Notes: generated from the sequence alone by a model not told the origin. Counted from the first letter of the stretch, positions 45,531 to 55,895 are shown. The stretch: DNA of 64,000 bases from Actinocrinis sp. (GCF_035605935.1 NZ_DATNGK010000266.1:24688-88687), one strand, 5' to 3'. Program-made: numbers and translations.

Positions 45531-47090
45531 ATGACTGACACCACTACGGGCAACTCCGAATCCCCGGGCCGCACCGGCTCCGGCGCGGTCGACGCAAGGC
45601 CCCTCGGCGCGACGCCGACGCCGGCCGGAAACCTCCCGGCCGAGAATCCGCACCACGCGCGGCGCTGGCTCATCCTCGCCGTGATCGGTATCGCCCAACT
45701 GATGATCGTGCTCGACGCGACCATCGTGACCATCGCGCTGCCGGACGCCCAGAAGGACCTCGGCTTCGGCAACGGCGACCGGCAGTGGATCGTGACCGCG
45801 TACTCGCTGGCCTTCGGCGCGCTGCTGCTGTTCTTCGGCCGGCTGGCCGACCTGATCGGCAAGAAGAACACCTTCATCATCGGCCTGATCGGCTTCGGCC
45901 TCGCCTCCGCCCTGGGCGGGGCGGCGCCCAACTTCGAGGTCCTGGTCACCGCACGCGCGCTGCAGGGGGCGGCCGGCGCGATGCTGGCGCCAGCGGCGCT
46001 CTCGCTGCTGACCACCACCTTCACCGAGCCCAAGGAACGTGGTACCGCTTTCGCGGTATTCGGCGGAATCGCCGGCTCCGGCGCCGCGATCGGCATGCTG
46101 CTGGGCGGGCTGCTCACCGAGTACTTCAACTGGCGCTGGACGCTGTTCGTGAACGTCGCGTTCACGGTGGTGGCGCTGGCGGGAGCCGTCGTCTTGCTGC
46201 ACACTCAGCGCTCTGAGAATCGCCCGAAGCTGGACCTGTTCGGCACCGTCACCATTTCCGGCGCACTGTTCTGCCTGGTCTACGGCTTCTCCAACGCCGC
46301 CTCGCATCCGTGGAGCGCGCCGTCCACCTGGATGTTCCTGGCGGTCGCCGCGCTCGGCGTGGTGATCTTCACCTGGTGGCAGACCCGCGCGTCACACCCG
46401 CTGATGCCGCTGCGCATCCTGCTCGACCGCGACCGCGGCGGCTCGTTCGCGGCGGTGTTCATCACCGGCGCCGGCATGTTCGGCGTCTTCCTCTTCCTCA
46501 CCTACTACCTGCAGATCATGTTGGGGTACTCGCCGGTCAAGACCGGCCTGGCCTTCCTGCCGATGGTGTTCGTGCTGATGGCCTCGGCGACACTGGCCAC
46601 CACGCGGCTGCTACAGACCGTCGGCGCACGCCCGCTGGTCGCCATCGGCATGGCGCTGTCCGGTGCCGGCATGGCCTGGATGACCGGGATCGACGTCACC
46701 ACCAGCTACCCCACGCACATCCTCGGCCCGCTGCTGGTCATCGGGATCGGCATCGGCCTGGTGATGGCCCCGGCGATGAACGTCGCCACCTTCGGGGTGA
46801 ACGCGGACGACGCGGGCGTGGCCTCGGCGCTGGTCAACACGATGCAGCAAGTCGGCGGCTCGATCGGTACCGCACTGCTCAACACGCTGGCGACCGCCGC
46901 GGCGACGAGTTACCTGGCGGGCAAGCGGCCGACCCCGCTGGTCCTCGCGCACGCGCAGCTGCACAGCTACATCACCGCGTTCTGGTGGTCGGCGGGAATC
47001 TTCGCGGCCGGCGCGATCATCTGCGGCCTGCTGCTGCGGCCCGGCGTGCATACCAACGAATCGGACGCGGCGCCCGCGCTTCACGGATAG
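45531..47090 (+). CDS. DHA2-family (EmrB/QacA-type, 14-TM) MFS efflux transporter
   Basis: Motifs are 'LILAVIGIAQLMIVLDATIVTIALP' and 'GRLADLIGKKNTF', with 14 hydrophobic segments. It is divergent from the TetR gene. Confidence 0.88.
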   Translation: MTDTTTGNSESPGRTGSGAVDARPLGATPTPAGNLPAENPHHARRWLILAVIGIAQLMIVLDATIVTIALPDAQKDLGFGNGDRQWIVTAYSLAFGALLLFFGRLADLIGKKNTFIIGLIGFGLASALGGAAPNFEVLVTARALQGAAGAMLAPAALSLLTTTFTEPKERGTAFAVFGGIAGSGAAIGMLLGGLLTEYFNWRWTLFVNVAFTVVALAGAVVLLHTQRSENRPKLDLFGTVTISGALFCLVYGFSNAASHPWSAPSTWMFLAVAALGVVIFTWWQTRASHPLMPLRILLDRDRGGSFAAVFITGAGMFGVFLFLTYYLQIMLGYSPVKTGLAFLPMVFVLMASATLATTRLLQTVGARPLVAIGMALSGAGMAWMTGIDVTTSYPTHILGPLLVIGIGIGLVMAPAMNVATFGVNADDAGVASALVNTMQQVGGSIGTALLNTLATAAATSYLAGKRPTPLVLAHAQLHSYITAFWWSAGIFAAGAIICGLLLRPGVHTNESDAAPALHG

Positions 47091-47272
47091 AAGCCCGAGA
47101 GCGTGTTTCGAAACTAGCGGCGGATAAGGCCGCGGCGTCTGGCGCGTGCGATCGCAAGGCGGAGGGTCGTTCTCGTACCGGGCGTACGCGGACGATCCGA
47201 CAACGCAGCGAGCGTGCGTGGCAGGCGCCGCGGCCCCGGCGAGACTTTCCAACACGCCCAAGCCGCAGAGTC

Positions 47273-50200
47273 TCAGGACTCTTCGTCAGCGTCATCCAGC
47301 TGCGCGCGGCTCGCGAAGAACTCGGCGTTCTCGCGGGCCGTGCGCGCGAACTCCGGGTAGCCCCAGCGCTCGCAGCCCTCTGCGAACGCCAGCTGCCACT
47401 GGGAGGCGCCCGCGGCGTTCTCCCCGAGCACCGCGATGGCCAAGCTCAGTGTCTTGAGTGCGGCCTCCAGCGCCGCGACGAACTCTTCGCGCGCGTCGCC
47501 CTCTTGCGGATGCTCGAGCAGTGACCACAGGTCGCGCGCCCCGGCTTCGGCGGCCCTCTGTGCTTCCGGGAGCAGTTCCTCGGTCTCCTCCTGCGACAGC
47601 GTCTGCATCTCGATCCGCTTGACCACGTGCTTGAGCCGCAGTGTGCGCGCCCGCGCGATCAGAAAGTCCCGATAGCGCTCGGCAGTCGAGTCGTCCTCGG
47701 CGCAGGCGCGTAGGTGCGCGACCGCTTCGTCGAGCTGTTCGAGTGCTGCTTTGATATCGGTCGCGGCCAGCAGCCGGGCCACCGACTCGAGCGCCGCGGT
47801 GGTCGGTTGGTGACCTGCCGACGACCGGCCGTCCCGCGCCGATTCCCGATACGCCTCAAGCGCTGCCGCCTCATCGCCGTCCTGCTCGGCCGACTCGGCG
47901 AGTTGGTGCAGCAGCCAGGCGCGCGCGGTCGGGTAGTCCTTCGGGACGAGCGCGAGCACGTCGCGCAGCACACGTGCCGCGTCGCGCGCTCGATCGAGCT
48001 TGCACAGGCTGATCGAGTAGTGCAGAGAACTGAGATGGATCAGCTCTCGGCATTCGTCGTCATCCCAGCGCCCCATGATCTGTGCGAGCGCCGGATGAAA
48101 GAAGTTCAGCGCCGTTTCGTGGCGCCCTGCGCGGTGATGCACCTCACCCATCAGCAGCCTGGCTCGCGCCGCGCCCACCGGATCGCTGCCCGCCAGCAGG
48201 CGCGCCGCCTGCACCGCCGCCTGCGCCACCTCGTCGTCCCGCGCGTGCTCCGGATCCCGTGAGCTTTGCGCGTTAATCGCCTCGGCGAGCAGCAGCGCGG
48301 TCAGCCCGGGCAGGTCGGGGGCGACCGGTGGATTGCCGAGCTGCGAGACGCGCCGGGCGCAGCGCTCGGCATCGGCGGGCTGGTGTGCGGCGAGCAGCAC
48401 CTGTCCTCGGCGCAGCAGTGCCTCCGCAGCGAGCCAGGGCTGGTATACCGCGCTGTACACGTCGGCCAGGTCGCCGAGGCGATCCAGCAGGCTGCTGATA
48501 TACCCGGTGGCTTCACCTTCGTCGCCCTGCCGAGCGAACATGCGAGCCATGGCGCCGGTGACCTCGGCCCAAGCCCGCGCCGCGGCGGCGTACTGAGGCG
48601 TGGCGCCGTGCGCGTCGGCCAGCTCCCGGAAGGTCCGGTACTCCTCGGAGGCTTCCTCGGCGATGAGCCGGCCGGCCTCCTCATCGATGTCCGGTTCGGC
48701 GTCCACGGCCCGCCGCCAGCGGTCCAGGTGCCGGTAGAGCCCGTACAAGCGGACCGTCACGAGCTGGGTCCCGGTGATCCGACCCCCCTCGAACTCGGCT
48801 TGCGCCGCTTTCCAGGCTTCCGCCTGCACGGTCGCAGCAGCCTCAGCCTCTTCTGCGCCGACGAGGTACCGCTGGAACGCGCTCATCGCCCGGCAGCGCA
48901 GCGCGTCGCCGGTGCGGCCGAGCGTCGCGTAGAGCGTTGCGGCGAAGGCGAGTTGTTCGTGGGCCGCGGCGTGATCGGCGCGCTGCGCGAGCGCGGTACC
49001 GCGGCTTTCGGACAGTTCCGCCGCCACATCGTCGCTCAGCCCGGTTCCGCTCGCGGCGACCTGCTCCCAGGCCGCGCATGCGTGCGGATGCCGCAGGAAG
49101 GAGAGGTAGCGCGCACGAGCCGCCAGCGCGTCCACGGCTGCGAATCCACGCGGGAGTGTCCGCGCAGCGCTGCCGTCGACGCGGCCGCGGGCGTCCCAGG
49201 GCATCGGGATCGGTGGCCATGTCGCTTCAAGCCAGCCCGACTCCAGCCATCCGGTCGGCGGCGGCAACTCGTCGTGCCGCAGCTTGGCGGTGCGCCAGGA
49301 CTCCAAGGTCTCCGCATGCTCGCTGCCGCCGACGGCCGCGTCCTGGTGCGCGGCGTAGTCGGCGAGCACTGCGTCGAGTTCGGCGTAGAGGGCCGCGGCG
49401 GTGACGATCTGGCGCGGCGAGCGGGTGATCGGCAGGTCCCCGTGTCCGGCATCGACGAGCAGCTTGAGGAAGAGCAGAAAGCGCCCGTGCACCCACCAGT
49501 ACTCGCCGACCGCGTCACGATGTGCGGGCAGCCAGTCGATGTGGTCGTGCAGGATCTCCAGGCCGCGCAACACATCGCGGGTCCGGTTGACGAACAGCGC
49601 GTGCAGTTCCAGTTGGCGCGGCAGGTCGCGGCGGCGGCGGACCACCGGGTACCCGAGCCGGTGGTGTTGCCGGGCCTTGTCGAAGCGGTCGAGGTTGAGC
49701 AGGTCGATCATCACCTCGCCGTGGGCGATGCCGACGTGCGAGCGTTCGCAGCTGCGCACCCCGGCGATGATCGCCAGCCAAAGGTCCACGGCCTTGGGCA
49801 GTTCGTCCTGCCGCTCGTACCAGTAGGCCGCGGTGGCCAGGTCACAGGCGTCGCAGGCGGCTCCGGCGTCCCCATCCTCGGCCAGCAGAGCCTCGATACG
49901 CAGGGTGGCCAGCTCGTTCTCGCCGCGGCGGCGGTGAATCCAGTACCGGCTGCGGTGTACCGCCCGCAGGCTGTAGCCGCCGGTCAGGTAGAAGGATTCC
50001 ATTTCGTCGGTGAGCCGATCGACCTCCGCGGCGGGCACCCGCTCGTCGGCGTCGAGGACATCGACGACATGCTGGAAGTGCTCACGGAAGCGGAAACGCA
50101 GCGCCGCGTCGAAGACCTCTGACTTGGTCTGCCAGATCCGCCAGGCCCGGCTGAAGGCGAGGACCATGCCCTGCTCGTCGCCGTCCTCCTGGCAGTCGTC

Positions 50201-50350
50201 GGCGAGGCTGAGCAAGGCGGAGGCGAGGGCCGCCGGGTCACCGATCTGCTCGGCCTGCGCGACCAACTCCTCGCGCCGCGCGGTGCGCTCCCGGCCATAG
50301 GGCAGCTCGTCCGCGGCGGCGAGCGCGGCGTGGAGCTGGGCGAGGTCCAT
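47273..50350 (-). CDS. Large (1025 aa) alpha-helical TPR-like repeat protein with an N-terminal CxxC...CxxH module; paralogue of the upstream gene
   Basis: It is all-helical and Ala/Leu/Arg/Glu-rich with no P-loop. The module reads 'AACDACDLATAAYWYE...VRSCERSH'. The ATG at 50350 lies 16 nt after the upstream stop. Confidence 0.7.
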   Translation of the reverse strand: MDLAQLHAALAAADELPYGRERTARREELVAQAEQIGDPAALASALLSLADDCQEDGDEQGMVLAFSRAWRIWQTKSEVFDAALRFRFREHFQHVVDVLDADERVPAAEVDRLTDEMESFYLTGGYSLRAVHRSRYWIHRRRGENELATLRIEALLAEDGDAGAACDACDLATAAYWYERQDELPKAVDLWLAIIAGVRSCERSHVGIAHGEVMIDLLNLDRFDKARQHHRLGYPVVRRRRDLPRQLELHALFVNRTRDVLRGLEILHDHIDWLPAHRDAVGEYWWVHGRFLLFLKLLVDAGHGDLPITRSPRQIVTAAALYAELDAVLADYAAHQDAAVGGSEHAETLESWRTAKLRHDELPPPTGWLESGWLEATWPPIPMPWDARGRVDGSAARTLPRGFAAVDALAARARYLSFLRHPHACAAWEQVAASGTGLSDDVAAELSESRGTALAQRADHAAAHEQLAFAATLYATLGRTGDALRCRAMSAFQRYLVGAEEAEAAATVQAEAWKAAQAEFEGGRITGTQLVTVRLYGLYRHLDRWRRAVDAEPDIDEEAGRLIAEEASEEYRTFRELADAHGATPQYAAAARAWAEVTGAMARMFARQGDEGEATGYISSLLDRLGDLADVYSAVYQPWLAAEALLRRGQVLLAAHQPADAERCARRVSQLGNPPVAPDLPGLTALLLAEAINAQSSRDPEHARDDEVAQAAVQAARLLAGSDPVGAARARLLMGEVHHRAGRHETALNFFHPALAQIMGRWDDDECRELIHLSSLHYSISLCKLDRARDAARVLRDVLALVPKDYPTARAWLLHQLAESAEQDGDEAAALEAYRESARDGRSSAGHQPTTAALESVARLLAATDIKAALEQLDEAVAHLRACAEDDSTAERYRDFLIARARTLRLKHVVKRIEMQTLSQEETEELLPEAQRAAEAGARDLWSLLEHPQEGDAREEFVAALEAALKTLSLAIAVLGENAAGASQWQLAFAEGCERWGYPEFARTARENAEFFASRAQLDDADEES

Positions 50351-50366
50351 GGCCGGCGCTCCGCTC

Positions 50367-53300
50367 TCAGGCCACGGTCGAATAGCGGAGGCTGAGCGGT
50401 GGTGCGGACGGCGCGGCCGGCGCCGTGGTGAAGAGCGGGAGGACCGATCCGCCCGGGTGCAGTTGCTCGGCGCGTTCGGTCAGCCGGCGCGCGAGTTCCG
50501 GCTTGTCCCAGGACTCGAATTCAGCCGCCCAGTCGCGCAGCTTGGCGGCCGCGGCCAGTGCGCGGTCCAGGTGGCCGCCCTCGATCCGGGCCGCCGCCAT
50601 CAGCGCGACCGCGAGCCGTTCGAACAGCAGGCCGTCGGGTACGGGCCTTGGCCCGGCGGCGCCGGAGGTTTCGCTCGCTGCCCCGGCCGGAACCAAGCGT
50701 CGCAGACCACTGATTGCGGCGGTCGCGTGCTGGTACGCCTCGCCGAGCAGCTTCTCGCTCTCGTCGGCGGCGAGCGACCGGTTCTGCGCGAGGTTGAGCA
50801 CGATGCGCGCCCGCTGCAAATGCGTCTCAGCAAGCTCATATCGAGCCGGCCCGTGCCGTGCGTCGCTTCCGTCGTCGGCGGCCAGCACGGTGATCAGCTC
50901 GCCGCCGGCGCGATCCATCACGGCGAGCGCCGCGTCCAAATCCTCCGCGGCGAGCAGCCAGGCCGCCGATCGCAGGCACTTGACGCGCACCAGCGGCTCG
51001 CCGACCTGCTGCCAGAGCTGCGCCGCGCGCTCGAACGCCGCGGCAGCGTCCGCATGCCGGCCCGCACGCTCAAGCGCGGTCGCGGCGTCCGCGGCCAGCA
51101 TCGCGTGCGGAACCTGATTCGGCCACGCCTTGACCCGATCTGCCATGCTCAGCAGGAGTTCAGCGGCGCGACGCGGATCGCCAGCCGCTATCAGGCTGTT
51201 GCCATAGGCGCGGGCGGCCTGCGCGATCACGGGCTTCCACTCGTCCTGCTCCCAGCGCGCCTGCGCGGTCTTGAGCGCGGGCTCGAAGAGCGCGATCGCC
51301 TCCTCGGGTCGTCCGGCCACGGACAACGCCTCAGCCGCGAGCAGGTGCGCCCGCGTCTCTTCGTCGCCGCGGCCTTCCTGGCGGGCGAACGCGGCCGCCG
51401 CGGCCAACGCCGGAGCGACGGCCTCCGACTCGCGTCCGTCCTGGAGCCAGATTGCCTCGGCGAGCAGCATCGCGGCCGAACCGCGCAGCGCCGTGTCGAG
51501 ATTGTGCTCGACCGCGGCGCGAGCGTACCGCTCGGCCGCCGGAAACTCGCCGCGCGCACGCGCGATCCGGCCGAGAGTCAGCTGCGCCGCCGTCGCGCAC
51601 CAGGGCGCGCCGCCCTCGTGGTAAAGCTCGGTTGACAGGCGCAGGCTCTGCTCGGCGGACTGCGCCTCGCCGGCGGCGAGGCGCACCTGCGCCGTCATTG
51701 CGGCCGCAGCGGCGCCATACAGGGCGACCTCGAACCGGCGGCACTCCTCGGTCAGCTCGTGCAGTTCGGCGAGCGCGTCGCGCGCGGCAGCCGCAAGGGC
51801 GTCGCGACCCTTATCAGGCTCCGGTGATGGCGGGGTCTTGCCGCCGCCGCTTTCGCCGGGTCCCGTGTCCGTGCGTGGTTTTCCGCCGAACCAGGGTGAG
51901 GGCGCGGGGCGGTCAGCGGTGTCTTCACCGCTTCCGGCGTGCTCACCCGGCTGCGCGGTCGCCAGGGACTGCCAGATGTGGAACTTCTGATACCCGCTGC
52001 CGATCCGCACGGCCAGGTATTCGTTCGGCGTGATTTCGTGCCCTGCGAGAGCGTCGGCGGCCGCGAGGCGAAGTGCGGACTGGTCGCTCGCCGCGGCATC
52101 CTGCTGACCACTGCGCAGGAGCGCGAAAGCCGCGCGGCTTGACGCGCGCAACGCGAAGCCGAGTCTGCCCTGCGACCGATAGCGCTCGGCGATCTCCAGC
52201 AGCCGCGCGCGCTGCACGGCCGCGGCCACACCGTCGTTGACCCCGATGGTGGCGCCGTCCGCGAGCACCGCCTGCTCGTCGAACTCAGTCTGCGCGTCCT
52301 CGGGCAGCGGTCTGCCGGTTGCCTTGGCCGCCGCCTGCGCTCGCTGCCAGGCGTCAAGGGCGTCCGGGTGCCAGAGCTCTGTCAACCGGCGCGCTTCGGT
52401 GATCAAGTCTTCGACGGGACGTGGCTTCTGGCGCGGCGCTGGGGTAGCGGCCGACCGGCCGCCGCGCGCGGAGGTTGCCGGCAGCACGGTGCGGGCGTCG
52501 AGAGCCAGGGCGCTGAGGAACGGCTGCCTGCTGCGGCGATGCACGATCCGGCTGCTGAAGGCCGCGGTGCCGTTGCGTTCGTCGAACCGGGCCGCGATCG
52601 AGGAGAGTTCCTCGTCCACCTCGTCCCGCAACTCGCCGATCGGCTTCGTGGCGCCCCCGATGATCGCGAACGGCAGATCATCGAGGCCTGACGTGGTCAG
52701 CACACGCAGCAGCACGCTGACACCGCCGAGAAAGGCGGCGCGGCGCTCGGTGGCACTGCGCCCGGCGGCTTCCTGGTTGCCGTCAACCCGCCCGGTCGCG
52801 CTGCGGTCCGTCAGCCAGTGCCCGTGCTCGGCCAGCAGCTCAAGCCCGCGAGCTGTGTTGCCGGTGAGCGCACAGAACTCGATGTGCGCGCCGATCTCAG
52901 CGCACATAGACGGCTTCAGCCGGGAGATCCGGTAGCCCTCGACGTGATTCGCCTGGGCCTGCGTTCCCTTTCCTAGCCGGATCAGCGGTATCAGGGAACG
53001 GGCGAGCACTCCGTGCGGCTCCGCGTCGCAGAACACAGAACCGTCCAGGATCTTTTCCCAGGCCTCGAATGCCCGCGCGTCCTCGCCACGCTCGGCATAC
53101 CAGTCCCCTATCTGGCTCTGCTCGCAGACGAAGCAGCCCGCGGAAAGATCACGCGGCGCGGCCAACCACAGCTCGAATTCCTGCTCCGCCGTCGCGGTGT
53201 GGCCGACTTGCCGCGCGAGGCGGTGGCGGATTTGGTGGACGGCGCGGGTACTGTCACCGCGCCCGCGCGTCTGCTCCTCGAGAGCGTCCAGCGCACGGTA

Positions 53301-53540
53301 GATCTCATCGAGCGGAACGGCGGCGTCCTCGACTAACCCAGAGGCGATCACCGGAGCGCCGATCACTGTAGCGTCGATGAAAGCGGCGCCGGCCTGCCCA
53401 GGGACACTGGACCCGGGGTCGGCGGGCTCGGCATCTTCGAGCGAAGGCACCGGTGCACACCTCCCCGAAGGTTCCCGTCCCGTCGCCTTGTCCCGGAAAC
53501 CTACCGCACTCTCATCGCGCACAGTCACGACCGTCGACAC
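50367..53540 (-). CDS. Large (up to 1057 aa) alpha-helical TPR-like repeat protein with an N-terminal CxxC...CxxxH module; paralogue of the downstream gene
   Basis: 'SAGCFVCEQSQIGDWYAE...SVFCDAEPH' aligns with the same block in the neighbour, and the N- and C-terminal blocks are also similar. The start is uncertain. GTG at 53540 gives a ~75-aa extension relative to the paralogue. Confidence 0.65.
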   Translation of the reverse strand: MSTVVTVRDESAVGFRDKATGREPSGRCAPVPSLEDAEPADPGSSVPGQAGAAFIDATVIGAPVIASGLVEDAAVPLDEIYRALDALEEQTRGRGDSTRAVHQIRHRLARQVGHTATAEQEFELWLAAPRDLSAGCFVCEQSQIGDWYAERGEDARAFEAWEKILDGSVFCDAEPHGVLARSLIPLIRLGKGTQAQANHVEGYRISRLKPSMCAEIGAHIEFCALTGNTARGLELLAEHGHWLTDRSATGRVDGNQEAAGRSATERRAAFLGGVSVLLRVLTTSGLDDLPFAIIGGATKPIGELRDEVDEELSSIAARFDERNGTAAFSSRIVHRRSRQPFLSALALDARTVLPATSARGGRSAATPAPRQKPRPVEDLITEARRLTELWHPDALDAWQRAQAAAKATGRPLPEDAQTEFDEQAVLADGATIGVNDGVAAAVQRARLLEIAERYRSQGRLGFALRASSRAAFALLRSGQQDAAASDQSALRLAAADALAGHEITPNEYLAVRIGSGYQKFHIWQSLATAQPGEHAGSGEDTADRPAPSPWFGGKPRTDTGPGESGGGKTPPSPEPDKGRDALAAAARDALAELHELTEECRRFEVALYGAAAAAMTAQVRLAAGEAQSAEQSLRLSTELYHEGGAPWCATAAQLTLGRIARARGEFPAAERYARAAVEHNLDTALRGSAAMLLAEAIWLQDGRESEAVAPALAAAAAFARQEGRGDEETRAHLLAAEALSVAGRPEEAIALFEPALKTAQARWEQDEWKPVIAQAARAYGNSLIAAGDPRRAAELLLSMADRVKAWPNQVPHAMLAADAATALERAGRHADAAAAFERAAQLWQQVGEPLVRVKCLRSAAWLLAAEDLDAALAVMDRAGGELITVLAADDGSDARHGPARYELAETHLQRARIVLNLAQNRSLAADESEKLLGEAYQHATAAISGLRRLVPAGAASETSGAAGPRPVPDGLLFERLAVALMAAARIEGGHLDRALAAAAKLRDWAAEFESWDKPELARRLTERAEQLHPGGSVLPLFTTAPAAPSAPPLSLRYSTVA

Positions 53541-53568
53541 GTTTCACGCGACTTTCCGGTTCGACTTT

Positions 53569-54387
53569 CTAGGGCCGGGTCGCGACGATCGCCGCAGCCT
53601 CTGTTTCGTCGTCGAGAACGACCCGAGGCGATAGCCCTCCATCAGCCATGATGCGTATCGCCTCCGGCAGTTGCCGGTCGCTGGCCTCGACGAGCAAGTG
53701 GCCACCCGGCGCGAGCCAGCGTGCGCTTTGACGGGCGACCGCGCGCATCACGTCGAGGCCGTCACCGCCCCCGTCGAGCGCAACCAGCGGTTCGTGATCA
53801 CGTGCCTCCGCAGGCAGCAGCGCGATGTCTTCAGTGGGCACGTAGGGCACGTTCGCGATCAGAACATTGATCTTGCCGCGCATGGCATCGGGCAGCGCGT
53901 TATAGAGGTCACCCTGATATACCCGGCCGCCGAAAGACGCCAGGTTGCGCCGCGCGCACTCGACGGCCGCCGGATCGATGTCCACCGCGTGCAGGTCGAC
54001 CGATCGTGTCACGTTCGCCGCGAGAGCAGCTCCCAGAGCGCCGGATCCACAGCAGAGGTCGACGACAGTCAATGGAGCCCGCGATGAAACTTGCGCGGAG
54101 AGTCGAGCGGCCTCGCGCGCCAGCAGCTCGGTGCGGCGCCGCGGAACGAACACGCCGGGGTCGACCGCGATGCGCAGGCCGCAGAACTGCGCCCAGCCGA
54201 GTACCTGCTCAAGCGGCAGCCCGCCGGCCCGCCGCCGGACCATGCGATCAAGCTGCTCAGGCGTGTCCGCCTGAGCGATGAGCAGCCGCGCCTCATCCTC
54301 GGCGAAGACGCAGCCTGCCGCGCGCAACGCGGCGACCACGGACTCGGATGCTGATACGGACGTTGACGAGGGTTCGAAGATCGACAC
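53569..54387 (-). CDS. PrmC/PrmB-related putative protein N5-glutamine methyltransferase (NVPY variant)
   Basis: Motifs are 'VVDLCCGSGALGAALA', 'AVDIDP' and 'VLIANVPYVP' in place of NPPY, plus 'FVPRRRTELL'. The GTG at 54387 lies within ORF 53569..54573. Confidence 0.75.
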   Translation of the reverse strand: MSIFEPSSTSVSASESVVAALRAAGCVFAEDEARLLIAQADTPEQLDRMVRRRAGGLPLEQVLGWAQFCGLRIAVDPGVFVPRRRTELLAREAARLSAQVSSRAPLTVVDLCCGSGALGAALAANVTRSVDLHAVDIDPAAVECARRNLASFGGRVYQGDLYNALPDAMRGKINVLIANVPYVPTEDIALLPAEARDHEPLVALDGGGDGLDVMRAVARQSARWLAPGGHLLVEASDRQLPEAIRIMADGGLSPRVVLDDETEAAAIVATRP

Positions 54388-54732
54388 AGCGGCCCTTCGG
54401 AGAGCTTGGGGAGCCCTCCGCCCGGCTAGCCGACGTGACGCTCGGCGGCGCGAGGGGAGAACGTCCCGCTTGACCTGACTGCGGTGTGCGAAACACGCAC
54501 GGCTGTCCTCACCTCCTCGAAGCTCGCCCTGCCGCCATGCGGCCTGAAGCAGCGAGTCTAGGGCATGTTCCAAACACGCTCTAGCGAAAACCGCTGCTCA
54601 GAGACACCCGATCGTGATCGTCCGAATTGGCCCCAATCGGCCGGACTTTCACGTCTGGCGGCCGGGGCCGGTTCAATCCGGCCGGATCAACGACTGGTTT
54701 CGATCGCGTTGCGGACCCTTGACCCCCCGGAA

Positions 54733-54746
54733 TGTTTGCGCTAACA
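54733..54746. promoter_or_regulatory. LacI-type operator-like palindrome TGTTTGCGCTAACA upstream of the LacI-family regulator gene
   Basis: It is palindromic at 12 of 14 positions. It shares GCTAACAAT with the site at 56009-56022. Confidence 0.45.
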
Positions 54747-54860
54747 ATTCTCCATCGACGCCGGGAACGGCGCTCGCCGCCCACGTCCAGTGGGCGGACG
54801 TCCTAGACTCAGGCCACCGCGGCGACGGGGCCGCGGACACGGAGGGAGGCGGAGCAAGGC

Positions 54861-55895
54861 ATGCGCGTCATCGACGGCGATCGGGCACCGGTCATGGCCG
54901 ACGTCGCACGTATCGCGGGCGTCTCGCACCAAACCGTCTCCCGAGTGCTCAACGACCACCCGAACGTGCGGCCGGCCACCCGTGACCGGGTGCTCGCCGC
55001 CATCCGCGAACTGGGCTACCGGCCCAACGCCGCCGCCCGCACCCTGGTCACCCGGCGCACCAACACGCTCGGCGTGATCAGCTTCAACACCACGCTCTAC
55101 GGGCCGGCCTCGATGCTCTACGGCATCGAGCAGGCCGCCAAGCAGCACGACTACTTCGTCACCGTCGCCGCCCTGGCCGCGCTCGACCGCCGGTCGGTGC
55201 TCGACGCGGTGGAGCGGCTGCGCGACCAGGCGGTCGAGGGCATCATCGTGATCGCCCCGCAGACCACCGCGGTCGGCGCGCTGGCGAACGTCCCCTCGGA
55301 CGTGCCGCTGGTCGCGGTCGGCTGTGGCACCCATTCCTCGCTGGCCTCGGTGGCCGTGGACAACGAGGGCGGAGCCGAGCGCGCCACCAGCTACCTGCTC
55401 GACCTCGGCCACCGCACCGTGCACCACATGGCCGGACCCGCCTCCTGGCTTGACGCGCAGGAACGCGAGATCGGCTGGCGGCGCACCCTGGAGTCCCGCG
55501 GCGCCTCGGTGCCCGAGCCGCTGACCGGCGGCGACTGGTCCGCACGCACCGGGTTCGAACTGGGCCACCGGATCGCCCGCGACCCGCAGATCACCGCGGT
55601 GTTCTGCGCCAACGACCACATGGCGCTCGGGTTGCTGCGCGCGCTGCAGCAGGCCGGACGCCGGGTGCCCGAGGACGTGAGTGTCATCGGGTTCGACGAC
55701 ATTCCGGAGGCCGAGTACTTCGGGCCGCCGCTGACCACGGTCCGGCAGGACTTCGACGAGCTGGGCCGGCGCGCCCTGCGCTCGCTGATCCAGCTGATCG
55801 ACGCCGACCTGTCCGGAGTGGGGCGCGCGTCGGTTCGCGTGTCCATCGACCCCGGACTGGTGGTACGCGCCTCCGCGGCGCGTCCCGCGCTGTAA
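54861..55895 (+). CDS. LacI-family transcriptional regulator (probable arabinose-locus repressor)
   Basis: The HTH reads 'MADVARIAGVSHQTVSRVLN', followed by a periplasmic-binding-like sugar domain. It sits immediately upstream of araBDA. Confidence 0.88.
   Translation: MRVIDGDRAPVMADVARIAGVSHQTVSRVLNDHPNVRPATRDRVLAAIRELGYRPNAAARTLVTRRTNTLGVISFNTTLYGPASMLYGIEQAAKQHDYFVTVAALAALDRRSVLDAVERLRDQAVEGIIVIAPQTTAVGALANVPSDVPLVAVGCGTHSSLASVAVDNEGGAERATSYLLDLGHRTVHHMAGPASWLDAQEREIGWRRTLESRGASVPEPLTGGDWSARTGFELGHRIARDPQITAVFCANDHMALGLLRALQQAGRRVPEDVSVIGFDDIPEAEYFGPPLTTVRQDFDELGRRALRSLIQLIDADLSGVGRASVRVSIDPGLVVRASAARPAL

Noticed and set aside
47273-53540. STAND/NLR-type NTPase identity for the two giant TPR-like proteins and the caspase-repeat protein.
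   Set aside because: I scanned for Walker A (GxxxxGK[ST]) and found none in any of the three. They are therefore not classical NACHT/NB-ARC STAND proteins.
40360-54387. A functional link between ArfB (a GGQ-motif protein) and the PrmC-related NVPY methyltransferase as its Gln methylase.
   Set aside because: The genes are 13 kb apart in different transcription units with unrelated genes between them. The idea rests only on both being present in the window.
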